Assembly: GCA_965243105.1 (NCBI GenBank)
Contig: CBDEUC010000003.1
Location: 972,793-1,036,792, forward strand
Source: Gammaproteobacteria bacterium
GTDB taxonomy: Bacteria; Pseudomonadota; Gammaproteobacteria; Eutrophobiales; Eutrophobiaceae
Reading direction: 5' to 3'
Length of the DNA stretch: 64,000 nt
The stretch's first letter is position 1, and the number at the start of each line of letters is the position of its first letter. The notes under the pieces are model-generated. The model saw only the letters and a list, made by a program, of their open reading frames with translations. It was not told where the DNA came from and did no database searches. Positions 60,114 to 64,000 of the stretch are shown one piece after another. Made by a program: the position numbers and the translations under genes.

Positions 60114-61207
60114 GAGCTGCTTGCCTCGACTTCAAAAGGAATACGTATACTGATCTTGAGACCCTTTGGCTCTGCCTTGCTAAAGGAGCAGGCATGGTTG
60201 TCACCGTAAAGCTCCTGCAGGCGTTCCCGGGTATTGGTCAGGCCAACACCACTGCCGGCAGGCAGCTTGTTGCCTTCCAGTTCAATACCATCGCCATCAT
60301 CACTGAGTTCCATTAGCAGGTCGTCTCCAAAAACCTTGGCATGTAGCTTGATGGTGCCACCGTTTTCGTTCTTTGCAATGGCGTACTTGATGGAATTTTC
60401 AATCAGCGGTTGCAGTAACATGCTGGGGATCAGCGCGGAACCGGCGTTCTCCTTTAACTGGAAGTCCAGCTTCAGCCGGTCTTCAAAGCGCACCTTTTCG
60501 ATATTGAGATAAAGCTCCATGGCCTCCACTTCCCTGGACAGGCTGATCTTCTGCATGGGATCAATATCCAGTGAGTAGCGCAGGAACTTGGACAGACCAG
60601 ACACCATGTCATTGGCAACATCGTCCTTGCCCTCCATGATGAGGGTGGAAATGGCGTTGAGCGTGTTAAACAGGAAATGGGGATTGAGCTGGTAGCGCAG
60701 CATCTTTAACTGCGACTGGTGAGCACTGCTGGCAATACGCAGGTTCTTTTCCTTTTCCTGTTGCATCTCCTGGAAAAACCGAATGCCGTAATACAGGCCG
60801 GTCCAGCTCAGCAGGATAAAGAATGAATAGGAGTACCAGTAAATGTATTCCGCAACCAGGTTTTCGATCTGCTTGTGGGTATAGAGCTGGAAAAACTCGT
60901 AAAACTTCCACGCCGCCCAGATGGCGGTGGCCCCCATCACAGCGCCGAGGCTGGACAGGAAACGCACCAGTGGTGGTTTATCCCAGACCTTGAGAAACAC
61001 CTCGCGCATGGCCATGGACAGTAACAGCCCGGTAATGGCGGCAATGGCCGTGTACGCGATATGCAGGCCATCATGCCTGTCCCACAGCAAGGCGCCGAGC
61101 ATGATAAAAAACACGTAGCCCGACCAGCCAAGTGCCTGCAGGAACCAGTACAATCGACGTCGATTGTTGATGATCCTGAAAAACACGTTTGTAAATTCGT
61201 CGCTCAA
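60110..61207 (-). CDS. LytS-family sensor histidine kinase
   Basis: N-terminal TM helices, LRYQLNPHFLFNTLN, LQPL.EN.IK, G.GL.N..ERL. Confidence 0.93.
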   Translation of the reverse strand: MSDEFTNVFFRIINNRRRLYWFLQALGWSGYVFFIMLGALLWDRHDGLHIAYTAIAAITGLLLSMAMREVFLKVWDKPPLVRFLSSLGAVMGATAIWAAWKFYEFFQLYTHKQIENLVAEYIYWYSYSFFILLSWTGLYYGIRFFQEMQQEKEKNLRIASSAHQSQLKMLRYQLNPHFLFNTLNAISTLIMEGKDDVANDMVSGLSKFLRYSLDIDPMQKISLSREVEAMELYLNIEKVRFEDRLKLDFQLKENAGSALIPSMLLQPLIENSIKYAIAKNENGGTIKLHAKVFGDDLLMELSDDGDGIELEGNKLPAGSGVGLTNTRERLQELYGDNHACSFSKAEPKGLKISIRIPFEVEASSS

Positions 61208-61252
61208 GTGTACCTGCCGTTACCGTTAGTGTTGCTGCTCTATCTTATCATT

Positions 61253-61292
61253 AAAAAAAGCGCCGTCGCAGTGAGGGGCACCTTGACGGCAC
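61253..61292 (-). terminator. Probable rho-independent terminator
   Basis: Minus strand GTGCCGTC...GACGGCGC stem followed by T7, downstream of the 89-aa gene; the loop is long. Confidence 0.5.
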
Positions 61293-61327
61293 AAGTATGG
61301 GAGTCTTTGCTCTATCTACCTGCTGCT

Positions 61328-61597
61328 TCAGAGCCGCGTGAGCTTGTTGAGGCTGTCCCGTGAATAACTTTCCACGTCATCGATACCAAAGCCTTCAAGT
61401 TTCTTGCTCCTGCGTACCCTGGATTCATTCTCTTTGTCCCGCTCTGCCTCGGCATACACCGGGCACGGTGTTTTTTCTGTCGCCCTGCTGTTTCCCAGCT
61501 TTATGCTGCTAAAAGTGCCCTCATTGACCATGGCAAGCGAGGTACCGGAAAACGCAATCAAACTGCTCATTACGAGGGTTGTCACGACTGTCTTCAT
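61328..61597 (-). CDS. Small secreted hypothetical protein
   Basis: AAGGAG RBS, signal peptide ending SLA, own terminator. Confidence 0.65.
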   Translation of the reverse strand: MKTVVTTLVMSSLIAFSGTSLAMVNEGTFSSIKLGNSRATEKTPCPVYAEAERDKENESRVRRSKKLEGFGIDDVESYSRDSLNKLTRL

Positions 61598-61751
61598 TGT
61601 CTTTCACTCCTTCTGTTTAAAACAGGTTCAGATGGGTGATTAGTTCAATGAGGTCATTATAGGTAGGTGGCAAGCTTAAGCATGTCACTTCACCGCAGCA
61701 GGAAAGCGCTTTATCGCAAAACCCCGCGCCGAGGGCTTAATTCGTGAAGGC

Positions 61752-62147
61752 TCAGCCCGGCTTGTCTGAGATCAGGGCAATAACAGCCCCCTGGGGGTCC
61801 TTGATGACACAAAAGAGGATAGAGCCCATGCCTTTCGGCCCGTCCATCACCGTGCCGCCCAGTTCACGGCAGCGTTCAGCACTTTCATGCACGTCTTCCA
61901 CACGCACGTACATCAGCCACTGGTTGGGCAGGGATGCATTGCCGCCGCGGGCATGGCAGATGCCGGCAATGGTGTCTCCACTGCCCGGCAGGTTCATGTT
62001 GAAGTCGTCGTAATCACCCATCGAGGCGGCGCTGTGCTCCCAGCCAACCACCCCCGCATAAAAATCGCGGATCTCTTCCGCGTTCTCCACGGTCAGATCA
62101 CGCCATTCAATCGCGCCTATTTTCTTCTTGCTTTCCTCGCCTGCCAT
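61752..62147 (-). CDS. VOC/glyoxalase-family protein
   Basis: W.DL.V......FY..V.GW, W.MY..V.DV, I.DPQGA. Confidence 0.88.
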   Translation of the reverse strand: MAGEESKKKIGAIEWRDLTVENAEEIRDFYAGVVGWEHSAASMGDYDDFNMNLPGSGDTIAGICHARGGNASLPNQWLMYVRVEDVHESAERCRELGGTVMDGPKGMGSILFCVIKDPQGAVIALISDKPG

Positions 62148-62170
62148 TGTGCTCCCCTTGCCTGTGCCTG

Positions 62171-62659
62171 CTAATTTTTCGTGTACCTGCCATCAAAAGC
62201 CGTCTCCCATTCACCCTTGTCATTGACGACTTCCCAGTGCTGGCGCACGCTGCCATCGTCATTGGGGGTCCAGCTTATGCGGTGTCTTGTCTTTTTTCCT
62301 TTCTCACCGGTGGTTTCACCTTCCATCACCATGCTGCCCTCTTTCATGCCGCCCTCGAGCAACAGTAGCGTGCCGGTATTATCCACCCAGGTCTGGTGCC
62401 AGACGCCACGGCCCGCATCATAGCTATTGAGGCTTTCTCCGCTGAAGCCGCGCCCGGTAATATAGTGCTCGTGTAGCACGCAGCCACCGTACTGGCTGAT
62501 GATATGGTTAGTGCCGGCAAACTTGCCCTCGGGTGTGGTCACGCGCCAGTCACCCAGCCAGAAATCAAAGGCGCGGTGGGCATCACTGTCGCAGGGCGCG
62601 GCGATGCTGAAGCGCGACAGGACCAGTAACATAATAAGAAGGCACGATCGTGGGTACAT
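62171..62659 (-). CDS. Secreted hypothetical beta-rich protein
   Basis: Signal peptide; C.....R.FDFW.G.W, W.QTWVDN.G, VRQ.WE and FDG.Y pattern. Start at ATG 62659. Confidence 0.7.
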   Translation of the reverse strand: MYPRSCLLIMLLVLSRFSIAAPCDSDAHRAFDFWLGDWRVTTPEGKFAGTNHIISQYGGCVLHEHYITGRGFSGESLNSYDAGRGVWHQTWVDNTGTLLLLEGGMKEGSMVMEGETTGEKGKKTRHRISWTPNDDGSVRQHWEVVNDKGEWETAFDGRYTKN

Positions 62660-62660
62660 G

Positions 62661-62915
62661 TTAGCTCTCCCGTTGCTGTGCGTGGCAGGAATCACTGACA
62701 ACACGCGTGGTGGAAGCAGGATACTTTTGCAGGAGTTCGTTTGAACGGGTCGGGCGGGCAACAAGCGGGCCGCCGCAGTTGGGACAGGTAAAGTTGAGCG
62801 TGTTCTCAGAACAGTCCGCGCAAAAAGTGCACTCAAAGGAGCAAATAAATGCGCCATCTTCACTGGCACCTAGATCCCTGTCACAGCATTCGCAATTTGG
62901 TTTTAGTTCCAGCAT
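62661..62915 (-). CDS. DUF1272 Cys-rich protein
   Basis: MLEL.PNCECC..DL...ICSFECTFC..C...CPNCGG.LV.RP.R. Confidence 0.85.
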   Translation of the reverse strand: MLELKPNCECCDRDLGASEDGAFICSFECTFCADCSENTLNFTCPNCGGPLVARPTRSNELLQKYPASTTRVVSDSCHAQQRES

Positions 62916-62931
62916 TGGCGTCTCCTCACAA

Positions 62932-63363
62932 TCAACTGGTCTTTACCGGCAGGTCCATGACATTCTGGCTCTTTACATTCACAAAGCCAAGTGCCTTGTA
63001 AAACACCGGGGCCTCCTGGCGCAGTTCATTGGTCCTGACGCGAAGCTTCGCTAGACCCTGCTGCTGCGTCCAGCCGCGCGCCGCTTCAACCAGCGCTGCA
63101 CCCGCTCCCTGCCGACGCTGCGTACTGTCCACCACCATCGCCGCGATTTCCGCAAAGGGTGTCGAGCCAAGACGATGTATGTGAAAAACATGCAGCCAGC
63201 CGACCACGCGCTCTTCCACCGTATAGACAAACACTGTCGCATCACTTGAAGAAAGAATTTTCCCAAGCCCGGCTTGCACGAGCCCAGTATCCCCAGGGCC
63301 ATGCTCAAGCTGCAGCGCCAGCTCGGCAATGACCGCGGCATCCTGCACTACCGCGCTACGCAC
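62932..63363 (-). CDS. GNAT-family N-acetyltransferase
   Basis: VVD...RRQGAG.ALV motif A; A..FY..LGF. Confidence 0.85.
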   Translation of the reverse strand: MRSAVVQDAAVIAELALQLEHGPGDTGLVQAGLGKILSSSDATVFVYTVEERVVGWLHVFHIHRLGSTPFAEIAAMVVDSTQRRQGAGAALVEAARGWTQQQGLAKLRVRTNELRQEAPVFYKALGFVNVKSQNVMDLPVKTS

Positions 63364-63386
63364 ACCCGTGTTGCTGGAGTGAGTAT

Positions 63387-64000
63387 CTATACCTGCCCCA
63401 CCTCTTCACAGTCGATGATTTCCTTTTCAGCCCTTGCATGCTCAAGCCAGAGCTTCATCGATGCATGTTCAAGCATGCTTTCCATGTACTGGTTGGCATA
63501 GCCCGATACAGCTACGCCGTAAGTCATGAAGCGCATCACCACCGGCGCATACATGCAGTCGGCAATACTGATCTGGCCGAACAGGAAGGGCCCGGCCTCG
63601 CTGTTTTGCTCGCGCGCTTCGTTCCATAACTGGTTAACACGCTCGATATCCCTGCGCAGACTATCCGCTTGTTCAACACGTCGCCCGCTGGCACGGCAGT
63701 TCATCGGCATGGATTCGCGCAGGCTGAAAAACCCCGAGTGCATTTCCGCCGAGATACTCCGTGCCGTGGCGCGCTGGTTGAGATCCGCCGGCCAGCCTCG
63801 ACCATCAAGGTAGCGCTCGGATACGTATTCGCAAATGGCGAGGGAGTCCCAGTTAAGCTGGTTGCCATCGATTAACACCGGCACCTTTGCGGTGGGCGAG
63901 TACTTCGCAAGCTCCGTCTTGGTGTTTTCCTGGTCCAGCGGCACACGTATTGTTTCAAATTCCAGATCAAAGGCACTCAGCATGAGCCAGGCGCGCAACG
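63387..64000 (-). CDS. Glutathione S-transferase-family protein (5' end outside the window)
   Basis: SPT.KVPVL, WDSLAICEY, SAEMHSGF..LR, ADCMYAPV..RF.TY. Confidence 0.88.
   Translation of the reverse strand, partial: LRAWLMLSAFDLEFETIRVPLDQENTKTELAKYSPTAKVPVLIDGNQLNWDSLAICEYVSERYLDGRGWPADLNQRATARSISAEMHSGFFSLRESMPMNCRASGRRVEQADSLRRDIERVNQLWNEAREQNSEAGPFLFGQISIADCMYAPVVMRFMTYGVAVSGYANQYMESMLEHASMKLWLEHARAEKEIIDCEEVGQV

Overview
This is a 64-kb, gene-dense bacterial window. Protein families, tRNA style and a Pho-box-linked plcP/agt-type pair suggest a marine or sediment Gammaproteobacterium; that assignment is inference. Housekeeping and metabolic content includes a single-chain 5-oxoprolinase, acetolactate synthase, queA-tgt, queC-queD-queE, tRNA-Leu(CAA), a Rieske oxygenase pair, transporters, two two-component systems and an RND pump. 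Six features stand out. (1) An archaeal-type F420-dependent methylene-H4MPT dehydrogenase (Mtd) lies in an apparent operon with an F420-type LLM oxidoreductase and a SnoaL/NTF2 protein, directly behind tgt. (2) A ~9-kb block between queA and tRNA-Leu encodes a LuxR-type regulator, a 1630-aa secreted protein with Cys-bracketed coiled-coil modules and 12 C-x4-C repeats, a small exported partner and an outer-membrane beta-barrel; it may be an undescribed export or effector system. (3) A pfaBC-oleABCD-PPTase polyunsaturated hydrocarbon cluster lacks pfaA/pfaD in this window and has Cys in place of the AT serine. (4) A divergent DUF692/MNIO enzyme with its partner sits behind a structured leader. 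(5) QueD is a three-domain single chain. (6) Three copies of a ~100-nt covarying palindromic repeat carry CsrA-type ANGGA loops. No CRISPR, integrase, transposase or rRNA was seen. All family calls come from motif recognition by eye, not database searches.
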